From positions 1 through 43,167 of IMG/VR virus record IMGVR_UViG_3300025381_000028: 43,167 nucleotides of DNA. One strand, written 5' to 3'. Source of the DNA: a virus. Its lineage: Duplodnaviria; Caudoviricetes. Positions 23,989 to 33,040 of this stretch are shown here, in pieces (position 1 is the first letter of the stretch; each line of letters starts with the position of its first letter). Under the pieces are notes generated by a model. The model saw nothing but the letters and a program-made list of their open reading frames with translations. It made no database searches and had not been told where the DNA came from. The translations under genes were made by a program, and so were the position numbers.

Positions 23989-26074
23989 ATGGCGATAGTC
24001 TTTTAAGATCCAATGATCCTCGAGGTGGAATTGTTGGCATATTAATACTTTGTTGTGTCATATTGTTGACAGTTGTCGGAGCATTAACAATGTTTGTACC
24101 AGAACTTGGAGCATAAGAAGTAAGTTTTGATTGAAGATTTTGTTTATTAGCTCTTTCAAGGTTTTGTGTTTGAGAACTAAGAGCTGCAGGTTTCATTCTT
24201 TGTGTATCAGATTGTTTTCCTGATCCAAATACAGACTTTATAAAAGATTCTCCAGTATCATATATACCACGACCTGCGGCGGCTCCACCTGCATTGCCAA
24301 CAATTCCTCCACCAACTTCTCCTACTAAAGTTCCACCAGGGCCTACAGCAGATCCTACAGCACCACCTAGAAGTTGGCCACCAAGGCCACCGAGCGTCGA
24401 TGTACCTCCAACAAATAAAGATTTTCCAAGATTTCCAGATTTTTTATATTCATCGTATGCATCTAATGCTCCACCAATACCAGCGCCTAATATTGGAATA
24501 CCTCTTGAACCAAGTTTTGCTACACCGCTTAAACCAATTTTTGATGCACCTTTTAAGCCAAATCTTTCAGCATATTGAGGTATTTTACCTGCAATTGTAC
24601 GTAGACGTGCACCAAATATAGGTTCTTTTGCACCGCCCTTTACGGCAGCTCCAAATATAGATTCGCCTCCGCCTTTTACTGCAGCTCCAAGGATAGGTTC
24701 TGCTGCGGTTGCTCCAGCAATACCACTAGCAGCAGCTCCAGCGGCTTTAGCACCACCACTAAAAATATTTTTTAATCCTGATCCAAATATAGATTCTGCA
24801 CCACCTTTTACTGCAGATTCAGCTGCAACTTTTTCAGCACCTTCTACTGCACCTTTTGCAGCGCCGCCTTTTAATACTCGACCAATTAAACTACGGCCGC
24901 GGCCAAGAATTTTGGATACACCTCCACCAAGTCTTTTAAGAGCTGCTTCTCCAATAACATTTTCTATTATACTTTTTAGTATATTTCCACCGGGCTTATT
25001 TCCAGATTTACTAGATTCATTTTTTTGAGCATTTTCTTGTTCATTTGATGCAATCTTAATAGGATCTGCTTTTCTAAGTTCAGCCGATTCTTTATTGCGC
25101 TGTTCATTTTTTGATTTAGAAATTTCATCCTTAGCAATATTTTCCGCATCTTTTTCATTAGTATCATCACGCATAGCTTTAACTATAGCTTCTGATAAGT
25201 CATTAAGAACTGATTTATCAATAGACTTGATATTAATATCTGTAATTTTTGTTACTCTAGGATTTCTAGTTTGGCCAGTTTGATTAGATGCAGTTTTAGC
25301 AAATGATGTACTACCTGCTGAAGCAGCTTGTGGTGTTACTGCTGAAGCCGCAGCTTCTTGTTCAGCTTTTGCTTTTTGCTCTTCTTCATGTCTTTTATCT
25401 TTTAAAGAATAAAATGTATCAGATAAAAAGTTAACAGCTTTTGCTGTTACAGGTGCTTGCTGTTCAAGTATATTTCTAAATCTACCATATCTAAGATTTC
25501 TTTCAACAACACCATGTACACGATCACCAGTTTCAGGGTCAACACCACCCTTAAAATAAGTACTGGCACGTTCTTTTGCCATTTGAGTAAATGATGATCT
25601 AAATGATTGTTTATTATTGGTAGTAGAATTAGTATTATTATTTGTAGTTGTAGTATTGGTAATATTTTGAGCTGCTTCTTGAGCTTTCTTTTTCTCAGCT
25701 TCTCTTCTTTCAAGTTCAGCTTTAGCTGCAGCTGTTCTTAAAAATTTATTAGTATCAGCATCACGATAGCGCTTTGTTGCTTCAACATACTCAATATTCT
25801 TTATATTTGTATAGTCTGGTCCAGTAGGTGCTAATGGTGTCTTTACAATATCTGGATTTGTTTTTCTACGTAAAGCACGGCCTTCTGCATCATCAATTCT
25901 ATCAAATATAGTTTTTTTAGAAGAATTGACACGAGTTGCAGCTCGGTCTTTTCTCTCTGCAGAGATTTGATCAGCTAACTTAGCAATAGATTCTGCAAGC
26001 TTTGATAAATTTGATTCTAACTTATCAACTTTATCTTCAAGTTTATCTACAGAACGATTTAATCTTCTATCCAT
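23987..26074 (-). CDS. Putative tape-measure/baseplate-hub protein (gp29-like)
   Basis: Coiled-coil N-half, Gly/Ala-rich repeats and glycine-zipper C-half; position after 26/51. Confidence 0.6.
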   Translation of the reverse strand: MDRRLNRSVDKLEDKVDKLESNLSKLAESIAKLADQISAERKDRAATRVNSSKKTIFDRIDDAEGRALRRKTNPDIVKTPLAPTGPDYTNIKNIEYVEATKRYRDADTNKFLRTAAAKAELERREAEKKKAQEAAQNITNTTTTNNNTNSTTNNKQSFRSSFTQMAKERASTYFKGGVDPETGDRVHGVVERNLRYGRFRNILEQQAPVTAKAVNFLSDTFYSLKDKRHEEEQKAKAEQEAAASAVTPQAASAGSTSFAKTASNQTGQTRNPRVTKITDINIKSIDKSVLNDLSEAIVKAMRDDTNEKDAENIAKDEISKSKNEQRNKESAELRKADPIKIASNEQENAQKNESSKSGNKPGGNILKSIIENVIGEAALKRLGGGVSKILGRGRSLIGRVLKGGAAKGAVEGAEKVAAESAVKGGAESIFGSGLKNIFSGGAKAAGAAASGIAGATAAEPILGAAVKGGGESIFGAAVKGGAKEPIFGARLRTIAGKIPQYAERFGLKGASKIGLSGVAKLGSRGIPILGAGIGGALDAYDEYKKSGNLGKSLFVGGTSTLGGLGGQLLGGAVGSAVGPGGTLVGEVGGGIVGNAGGAAAGRGIYDTGESFIKSVFGSGKQSDTQRMKPAALSSQTQNLERANKQNLQSKLTSYAPSSGTNIVNAPTTVNNMTQQSINMPTIPPRGSLDLKRLSP

Positions 26075-26275
26075 TTATCCGCCTGATTCTCTCATTTGTG
26101 CCATACGTGCATTTTCTTCTTCAATATAATTTTGAAGTAAACCTACATAGATATCACGTTCAAATGGTATAAGGTCTTCAAGTTCACTAATAGAATATTT
26201 ATGTATTTGGATTAAAGAAAAGTTCAAAACATAATAGTTAGCCAAAGATGTATGACTAACTCCTACGAAAAAAAA
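26075..26275 (-). CDS. gp51: gp51-like C-terminal domain, probably made by -1 frameshift from the gp26-like ORF
   Basis: FFFVGVSHTSLANYYVLNFSLIQIHKYSISELEDLIPFERDIYVGLL...; no ATG/GTG before the conserved part; frame opens exactly at a T8 run. Confidence 0.85.
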   Translation of the reverse strand, partial: FFFVGVSHTSLANYYVLNFSLIQIHKYSISELEDLIPFERDIYVGLLQNYIEEENARMAQMRESGG

Positions 26276-26967
26276 TCATCAATACCTAGCAGAGTAATAG
26301 TCTTCTCTGTCCCATTAGAATCTTTATAATGAAGCTCATGCTTGAGTACAGGCATTGTTTCAAAGAAGTTTGCAACATTTTCAAATTGATCTGCTGGAAT
26401 AGATTCAATGAAGTCAACAATTTCTTGATCTGGAACAGTATCAAGTGTATATACTTCTTCAGGACCAAATATACTCTTAATACAAGACTTAACTAAAGCA
26501 ATAAGATCTTCTGTTTTATCACTCTTATCTTTTCTTTCAATAATAGTTTCAACTGTAGGATATTGCATAACCAATCCTAAAGAAGATGATAGATTGATTG
26601 TTGTGCTATGATTAGGATCACGAGTTATTTCGACTGTGTCAAGATCTACTTCAAAAGTATAGATTTTCTTATCATCATTATCTTGATACTTCAATTCAAC
26701 AATATTTCCAACAGATTTTGCTCTGATCTTTAAGAAACAATATTCGAGATCAAAGATTGGTAGCATACCAATATCCATTGGCAAGTTAATAGCACAATTA
26801 TTGACAACCTGACGCATAGCAGTCAACTTATCATTAATGTTTTCGCTTTCTTGAGCAATAAGAAGAATCTTTTCTTCTTTTACTGTGAATGGTCTAAACT
26901 TGAGAGGCTTTTGAGTAGAAGGTAAAGTCAATTCAAATATAGGATAATTAATTTTAGGTAAAGACAT
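26263..26967 (-). CDS. gp26: Baseplate hub assembly protein (gp26-like)
   Basis: MSLPKI..P..ELTLPS, FRPFTVKEEKILL, FDLEYCFLKIRAKSVG, FFETMP, GIDDFF. Confidence 0.9.
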   Translation of the reverse strand: MSLPKINYPIFELTLPSTQKPLKFRPFTVKEEKILLIAQESENINDKLTAMRQVVNNCAINLPMDIGMLPIFDLEYCFLKIRAKSVGNIVELKYQDNDDKKIYTFEVDLDTVEITRDPNHSTTINLSSSLGLVMQYPTVETIIERKDKSDKTEDLIALVKSCIKSIFGPEEVYTLDTVPDQEIVDFIESIPADQFENVANFFETMPVLKHELHYKDSNGTEKTITLLGIDDFFS

Positions 26968-26986
26968 TATTAAAACTCCAAATATA

Positions 26987-27703
26987 TTATATAATTAATG
27001 GGTTACTAGCACTTCTAACAAAAGCATTAAGCCCATTTACAGGATCTACTTGAGGAGATATAGCAGTCAAATTATTTAAGGCCTGGCCTTGTAATTGACT
27101 ACCAATACGTTGAGGTGCTGATGCAGTTTGAGCTATAATCGCTCTTTGTTGAATATATCTAGTAAAATTAAATGTTACACTAAGGCTTACTATTGTATCA
27201 AATGCTGCCCAACTTAAATTTACATCGCTAATGCTAGATGGATATGCTTCAAAAAATTGATAGTTGATAAGCTTATTTTTTGCAGGATCATAATGAACAG
27301 CTTGAAGTGTAGTAGTATACTTATTTTTATATTTTACTAAGTATTGATTAGCTGGAGATTTTTCTACATTGTTGTTATAAATGTAATCTATCCAATCTCT
27401 GAATACTTGAAGTGATTCTCCCTTAGCATCACTTAAGAATACTACATTAAGCTTTCCAAAATTAATTGAAACCGGAAAGCTTTCTTCATATCCAATTGTA
27501 TTTCTTCTAATATTGACGGTCTCAAGATTTACACCAGGAACAGTGACAGCTGATGCAGTCATACTGAGATTTTGAATACCAGTTGGTCCATATGCACTAG
27601 AAACTGCAGTAGGTAAAGTAAATAAAACTTGAAAATGTGTAGCTTGGCTATAACCACCTTGGCCTCTAGCATACGATGAAATATCTGCTATACTAAATGT
27701 CAT
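26987..27703 (-). CDS. gp54: Baseplate-tail tube initiator (gp54-like, tube fold)
   Basis: FFEAYPSSISDVNLSW...LSVTFNF tube-fold C-terminus; synteny. Confidence 0.7.
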   Translation of the reverse strand: MTFSIADISSYARGQGGYSQATHFQVLFTLPTAVSSAYGPTGIQNLSMTASAVTVPGVNLETVNIRRNTIGYEESFPVSINFGKLNVVFLSDAKGESLQVFRDWIDYIYNNNVEKSPANQYLVKYKNKYTTTLQAVHYDPAKNKLINYQFFEAYPSSISDVNLSWAAFDTIVSLSVTFNFTRYIQQRAIIAQTASAPQRIGSQLQGQALNNLTAISPQVDPVNGLNAFVRSASNPLII

Positions 27704-28308
27704 GATCTTAACTTTCTTACGCTATCTGCCCAAACTTTTTGGCTAGTTGCACCAATAAAGTTTTCTGTTGGTAGAAATAAAGCAATATCCCATGTATCTG
27801 GCGATACATATATGAATTTTGATCTAAACTGAGAATATAAATATCTTTTTAAGCATGGTTCATAATATTTCAATTGTGAAACAGAACGAAGTAATCCATA
27901 GCTTAATCTTACTTTTGCTTTTTCAGATAGTTTAGGATCTGAGTTAAATGTATATAATGCATCCATTAGTCTTGCACGTAAAGGTAATGGAAGATAGTGA
28001 AAATTGATTCCAAGAAATCCATCAGAATACAAATTGACTGGAAAAATTATTGGGTATTGGTCATAATATGGAAGAGTTTCTGCATGCTTAGCTTTATATG
28101 CAAACATGTACATATTTCCTGGAAGTATTTTTGTTTGTGCTTGTGATCTTTGATTTAGTAATTGAGTACGATTAACTGAGCTATATGTTTTGGCAATATT
28201 TCTATACCAATCAATAGCTTTCTTTTGAGTTCCAGGAATAAGACCTTTAGCCTTACCTTGGTTAAGAATAGTTGTAAAGATATACTTATCAATCTGCGTA
28301 TTAGCCAT
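27700..28308 (-). CDS. gp2: DNA end protector protein
   Basis: GNMYMFAYKAKH..TLPYYDQYP, FLGINFHYLP..LRA, KRYL, ALFLPTENF. Confidence 0.93.
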   Translation of the reverse strand: MANTQIDKYIFTTILNQGKAKGLIPGTQKKAIDWYRNIAKTYSSVNRTQLLNQRSQAQTKILPGNMYMFAYKAKHAETLPYYDQYPIIFPVNLYSDGFLGINFHYLPLPLRARLMDALYTFNSDPKLSEKAKVRLSYGLLRSVSQLKYYEPCLKRYLYSQFRSKFIYVSPDTWDIALFLPTENFIGATSQKVWADSVRKLRS

Positions 28309-28745
28309 TAAAACTTCAATCCTAGATCTTTTTCTGTAACAATACTGAATGCCCAGCCTTTAGATCTACAAAATGCTTCGGCAGCTTCCCACTTTCTTTT
28401 ATTTATAACATAAGTTTTAACTTCGTTTAGATATACTCTTTCATTCTTACCTCTTTTAGGATGCTGAGTTTGTTTATATGGCTTAATTTCATATACTGCT
28501 TCAGCAATGTTTCCAGTAGGCGTTTTAGTTTTAACATAAAAATCAGGAAAGTATCTATGAATTTTATCATCTAATGGAGATCTATAAGGAACACAAAACT
28601 CTTCAGATGCCCATTGTAATACACTAGGATGATTGTCAAGATATGACATAAACTTAAGTTCCCAACGAGATCTATAAACTATATTGGTAGGATCTCCAAT
28701 ATACTTTGAGGGATTCTTAGGTTTGAATTTTCCTTTGTATGCCAT
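28308..28745 (-). CDS. gp4: Head completion protein (TnsA-like nuclease fold)
   Basis: MAYKGKFKPKNPSKYIGDP, YRSRWE, WASEE, RYFPDF, EIKP, KWEAA. Confidence 0.95.
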   Translation of the reverse strand: MAYKGKFKPKNPSKYIGDPTNIVYRSRWELKFMSYLDNHPSVLQWASEEFCVPYRSPLDDKIHRYFPDFYVKTKTPTGNIAEAVYEIKPYKQTQHPKRGKNERVYLNEVKTYVINKRKWEAAEAFCRSKGWAFSIVTEKDLGLKF

Positions 28746-28753
28746 TTTTTTCT

Positions 28754-28783
28754 TATAAATATATTGACTATTTTATATTTAGT
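28754..28783. promoter_or_regulatory. Divergent late promoters between genes 4 and 48
   Basis: TATAAATA (+) 28754-28761; ACTAAATA (-) 28776-28783. Confidence 0.7.
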
Positions 28784-28793
28784 GGAAAAATAT

Positions 28794-29606
28794 ATGGCAT
28801 CTCCAGAAAAAAAAGTCTCAGATTATCAAAATGGAAAAGCTCCGGTCACGTATTCATTTCCAAGTAATTCTGCAGAACTTAATCATGGATCAACTTTGAT
28901 TCTTTTTAGAAAATATCAAAGAAGATCAGCTTTAACAAAACCTGAAATAACTGCTAAAGCATCTATTCAGTTGCCTATACCTATTCGTGGCTTTACTGAT
29001 AACACTGCTTTAAAATTTGATGCTGTAGAATTAGGACCAGTTATTGGTGGATTATTAAACTCGGGAAGTGTTACTGCTGCTAGAGATGGTGCAATATCAT
29101 TTGCAGGCCGCAGTGTTATATCAAGTCTTGCGGGTATAGGTTCAGAATTTCTTCATGCAGGTACTGCAGAAGCTGGAAGAAGTGCAGTTTCAGACTTATT
29201 AGGTGTAGCTGATAACCCAAACTTATCTTTAATATTTAAAGGCGTAGAACTTAGAAAACACAGTTTTACATGGAGACTGATTGCAAAATCACCAGAAGAA
29301 AATCAGCAATTATCTCAAATCATTTTTACAATGAAGCAATTAGCGCTTCCTAGTAAAGGCGCGTCTGGTTCAGCCTTTTCGTTAGGATATCCACATTTAG
29401 TTGATGTATCGTTTAAGCCAAAAAATTTAATTCCTATGTCACAATTTGGTTCTTTTGTAACCAGCATCAATGTTGATTATTCTGGTGATGGTCATCCTTC
29501 ATTCTTTGAAGACGGTGCACCTACAATTATAGATCTAACTATGAATATAGAAGAAAGATTCATAATGACTACAGAAGATGTTACAAGTTATGGAAAGCCA
29601 TTTTAA
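28794..29606 (+). CDS. gp48: Baseplate tail-tube cap
   Basis: IQLPIP, NPNLSLIFKGVELRKHSFTWRLIAKSPEE, SINVDYS; start at ATG 28794. Confidence 0.85.
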   Translation: MASPEKKVSDYQNGKAPVTYSFPSNSAELNHGSTLILFRKYQRRSALTKPEITAKASIQLPIPIRGFTDNTALKFDAVELGPVIGGLLNSGSVTAARDGAISFAGRSVISSLAGIGSEFLHAGTAEAGRSAVSDLLGVADNPNLSLIFKGVELRKHSFTWRLIAKSPEENQQLSQIIFTMKQLALPSKGASGSAFSLGYPHLVDVSFKPKNLIPMSQFGSFVTSINVDYSGDGHPSFFEDGAPTIIDLTMNIEERFIMTTEDVTSYGKPF

Positions 29607-30469
29607 TGCCAGGATATTTTAATAATTTCCCTATTATAACTTACAATAATAATAAAGCCGTGAATATTACAAAGCGTGCTAAAATTATAGAACTATTCAA
29701 GACTAATGCTGTTGACTTTTATAATTATACAATTAGAAATAATCAGAAGCCAGATTATATTTCTCGTGCTTATTATAATTCACCTGAATATGATTGGATC
29801 ATATTCTTATGTAATAATATATTGGATCCATATTATGATTGGACTCTCAATACTACTGAATTTGAAAGTTATCTTGCAAAAAAATATGAATCTGCTCCAG
29901 GTCTTAATGATGGAATAACTGTTGCACAATCTACAATAGCATATTATAAGCAAACACCTAAAGACTATTATATAAACAATGCAAATAATGATTATGCTGA
30001 TGCAAATGCATATGCGCTTAATCCAGCAAAGTATTCAGGATATTCTAAAATTACATTAGATAATGATGTGCTTTTAACTCCTATAGTTGTACCAGTTGGA
30101 AATATATCATTGACTACAGGATCGACCGTAGTCAATGCAAATAGTTGTTCATTTGCAAATGTTCCAGTTGGTCAAGGGTTATATATATTTTCTAGCAATA
30201 CATCTAATTTTATAGCAAATTATAGTAATGAAATTGGTGTAGTTGCAACTAAGACTAGTAATACACAATTAACATTAAACTATCCATCGACAATTACAAA
30301 TAATAGTTTAACTGTTGCATATGTAACTTGTGGAAATTCTGATTATTATCCTGTAAGTGCATATGAAGATGAAGTTATTAAAAATGAAAATAAGAAGTTT
30401 ATAAAGCTTCTTGATGATTCATTAGTTTCACAAATTGAAAATCAACTGAGTGTGATATTGAATGTCTAA
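29606..30469 (+). CDS. gp53: Baseplate wedge subunit
   Basis: YFNNFP, KPDYISRAYY, WIIFLCNNILDPYYDW, YEDE..NENKKFIKL. Confidence 0.88.
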   Translation: MPGYFNNFPIITYNNNKAVNITKRAKIIELFKTNAVDFYNYTIRNNQKPDYISRAYYNSPEYDWIIFLCNNILDPYYDWTLNTTEFESYLAKKYESAPGLNDGITVAQSTIAYYKQTPKDYYINNANNDYADANAYALNPAKYSGYSKITLDNDVLLTPIVVPVGNISLTTGSTVVNANSCSFANVPVGQGLYIFSSNTSNFIANYSNEIGVVATKTSNTQLTLNYPSTITNNSLTVAYVTCGNSDYYPVSAYEDEVIKNENKKFIKLLDDSLVSQIENQLSVILNV

Positions 30470-32042
30470 TATTAGTGCATCTTCTGATTCCAATGATTCT
30501 ACTGGTTATGGTAATTTTGGATCAATTAAAAGCTTAAAAGTTATGCTTAAAAATGTTGATGGCAGTGCAGCCATTGATATATCTTTGCAAACTACTGAAA
30601 TTGCAATCTACGAAGATATTTTTAGCAAAACTATTTTTGGAACTATGGGAATTAAAGATCCAGTCAATATAATGAATGGATTGGAAAATAAAAGATTTTT
30701 TCCTTTGATTGTTGGTGAAGAATTTATTGAAATTGAATGTGAAGTTTATGGATTTCCACTATTCAAAAGACGCTTTGCTGTAAATGCAATTAAAGATATT
30801 GCTATTGATGCAAAAATGACTACACGTACGTATATGATTGAATTTTGTTCAGAAGAACATTTATTAGATTCTGTTCAACTTGTACAAAAAAGTTATCAAG
30901 ACCAAATTAGTAATATGGTTGAAGATGTATTAAAAACTTATCTATATGTTGATAAAGAATTACCAAACGGTAAGAAAAAGAAAAGTTATGATATTCAACC
31001 AACAAAGGATAAGCAAAATATTGTTATTCCAAGATTATCTCCTCTTGAAACAATGGACTTTTTTGCAAGAAGATCTATTGCAAAAGATACTTTTCAGTCA
31101 TCTTCATATCTATTCTTTGAAAATAAAGATGGATTTAATTTTTGTGATATAGAATATCTTATTAAGCGTGGAAAAGACAAATATTATTCTAATACACCAA
31201 CATATCAATATTTTTATGGTGATCAAAAGATTGTTGAATCTGCAGGATCAGCTGAACCAGCTATTCCAGATGATCAAAGAGCTTTCAAAACTGTTATCAG
31301 TATGACTCAAAAGCATAAATTTGATACTATTGAGAAAATCACAGGTGGATATTTTGAAAGTGATGTTATCTTATATGATTTCTTAAATAAAGATTTCTCA
31401 AATACAACTTTTCAGTTTATTAATGAATACAAAAAGATCAGCACTCTTGGTGCAGGTGGAAATAGTGCAGTAAAAGACGTTGCAGAATCAGCATACCCTG
31501 AAAATAGTATAGATTTTATAAATCAGGTTACATCACAAAATACTAATGGTGGTGGAGTATTAAGTGCTATTGCTGGTATTCTCGGATTACTTGGAAATAA
31601 ACCAGCACCAAAGCATACTAAAACATTTTTTATGGTTTCTGATTCATCTCAACCAAATACATATTTGGATACGATATATACTAATAGAGCATCTTATATG
31701 ACAAGATTCTCTCAAAATATGTTTACGGCTGAAACATATGGAGATCCTAATATTACTGCTGGTGATGTTATTACACTAGATCTTGTCGATCCTATAGGCT
31801 TAGGTGGATCTGGAGAAAATTATAAAAGAAATCCTGATAGATTTTTATCTGGTTATTTTATGATAACATCAATTCAGCATAAAATAACACCAGATTCATA
31901 TCTTATGAAATTTGATATGTTTAAGAATGGATTTTCAAATCCAGTTGTTACGACTAAAAATGGAACTAGACCAGAAGGGGCTGCTGGAGCATATATTAAT
32001 GCTGCTGCTCCAGCAGTAGGACAAAATAAGAAGGTTCAGTAA
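30462..32042 (+). CDS. Baseplate hub protein (gp27-like)
   Basis: IYEDIF, GEEFI, YLFFENKDGFNF, GDPNITAGDVI, SGYFMITSIQH; precedes gene 5. Confidence 0.7.
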   Translation: MSNISASSDSNDSTGYGNFGSIKSLKVMLKNVDGSAAIDISLQTTEIAIYEDIFSKTIFGTMGIKDPVNIMNGLENKRFFPLIVGEEFIEIECEVYGFPLFKRRFAVNAIKDIAIDAKMTTRTYMIEFCSEEHLLDSVQLVQKSYQDQISNMVEDVLKTYLYVDKELPNGKKKKSYDIQPTKDKQNIVIPRLSPLETMDFFARRSIAKDTFQSSSYLFFENKDGFNFCDIEYLIKRGKDKYYSNTPTYQYFYGDQKIVESAGSAEPAIPDDQRAFKTVISMTQKHKFDTIEKITGGYFESDVILYDFLNKDFSNTTFQFINEYKKISTLGAGGNSAVKDVAESAYPENSIDFINQVTSQNTNGGGVLSAIAGILGLLGNKPAPKHTKTFFMVSDSSQPNTYLDTIYTNRASYMTRFSQNMFTAETYGDPNITAGDVITLDLVDPIGLGGSGENYKRNPDRFLSGYFMITSIQHKITPDSYLMKFDMFKNGFSNPVVTTKNGTRPEGAAGAYINAAAPAVGQNKKVQ

Positions 32043-33040
32043 TGATTAGTAATTTTGCCGGAATTGATGGGCATTTTCTTTGGTTTTTTGGAAGAGTTGT
32101 AGATAGAAATGATCCTCTTGCTCTTGGTAGAGTAAGAGTTCGTGTATTTGGAATTCATCCAGATGATACTTCTTTAGTACCAAATGAGCATTTACCATGG
32201 GCAATGCCTATTCAACCTATTACATCTGCAGGTCAGGCAGGTGTTGGTAGGTCTCCTACAGGTATGATGGAAGGAACTCATGTATTTGGTTTCTTTGCTG
32301 ATGGTCGTGATTGTCAGATTCCATTTATCTTAGGAACTATTGCTGGCGGCCAAGGGCATTTTCAGTCTGGACAAAATAGTACATCAAATCCAAACAATAA
32401 TGTTTCTGGAAACGATCAAAATGTTGCAAATCAAAATGATCCTATTGCTAAACTAGAATCAAGCAATTCATCTGCACCGTTTGCTGGTAAGGCAGGTCCT
32501 ATCGGTCGTCAGCTTATGCGAGATTTTGGTTTAACTGATTATCAAGCAGCAGGTATACTTGGAAACTTTGGTAGAGAGTCAAGACTGATTCCAAATATCA
32601 AACAAGCAACACATCAACATCCTCAAATTACATGTGGACCTTGTTTTCCAAAAGGAGCTCTTGCTGGATATGGCTGGGCTCAATGGACAAATCCTGGAAG
32701 AATGGATCTGTTTATTGATTTTGTTCAGAAAAATTTCAATGTTGATATTACTAAAGATTCTGCAACAGATGAGCATAACTATGCATATTTTGTACACGAG
32801 TTAAATACAATATCTGCATATAAGACAATTATTCCTGCTTTAAAGAAAGCTCAAAATATAGATCAGGCTTCTGAAATATTCATGGACAAATATGAAAGAC
32901 CTAGCCCATCTTCAAGAGCATCAAATCTACAAAAAAGTAAAAACTTTGCACTTCAAGCATTGCAATCTATTAATGGATCTTCTGTTCCAATGAGATCTAC
33001 TGCAAAAAACCAAAATAAGGGCGGATCAGGACTTGGCTAA
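32042..33040 (+). CDS. gp5: Central spike N-part: gp5 OB-fold plus phage tail lysozyme domain
   Basis: WFFGRVVDRNDPLALGRVRVRVFGIH, LPWA, GFFADG; QAAGILGNFGRES, GYGWAQWT, YERP. Confidence 0.9.
   Translation: MISNFAGIDGHFLWFFGRVVDRNDPLALGRVRVRVFGIHPDDTSLVPNEHLPWAMPIQPITSAGQAGVGRSPTGMMEGTHVFGFFADGRDCQIPFILGTIAGGQGHFQSGQNSTSNPNNNVSGNDQNVANQNDPIAKLESSNSSAPFAGKAGPIGRQLMRDFGLTDYQAAGILGNFGRESRLIPNIKQATHQHPQITCGPCFPKGALAGYGWAQWTNPGRMDLFIDFVQKNFNVDITKDSATDEHNYAYFVHELNTISAYKTIIPALKKAQNIDQASEIFMDKYERPSPSSRASNLQKSKNFALQALQSINGSSVPMRSTAKNQNKGGSGLG

Noticed and set aside
24294-25713. Pro-rich and other short ORFs overlapping the tape-measure-like gene
   Set aside because: Antisense or off-frame shadows of Gly/Ala-rich codons; the same applies to the shadow ORFs within 43, uvsX, 41, 44 and others
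26263-26290. GIDDFFS end of gp26 as a clamp-binding motif
   Set aside because: Structural assembly protein; the FF is explained by the poly-U slippery site
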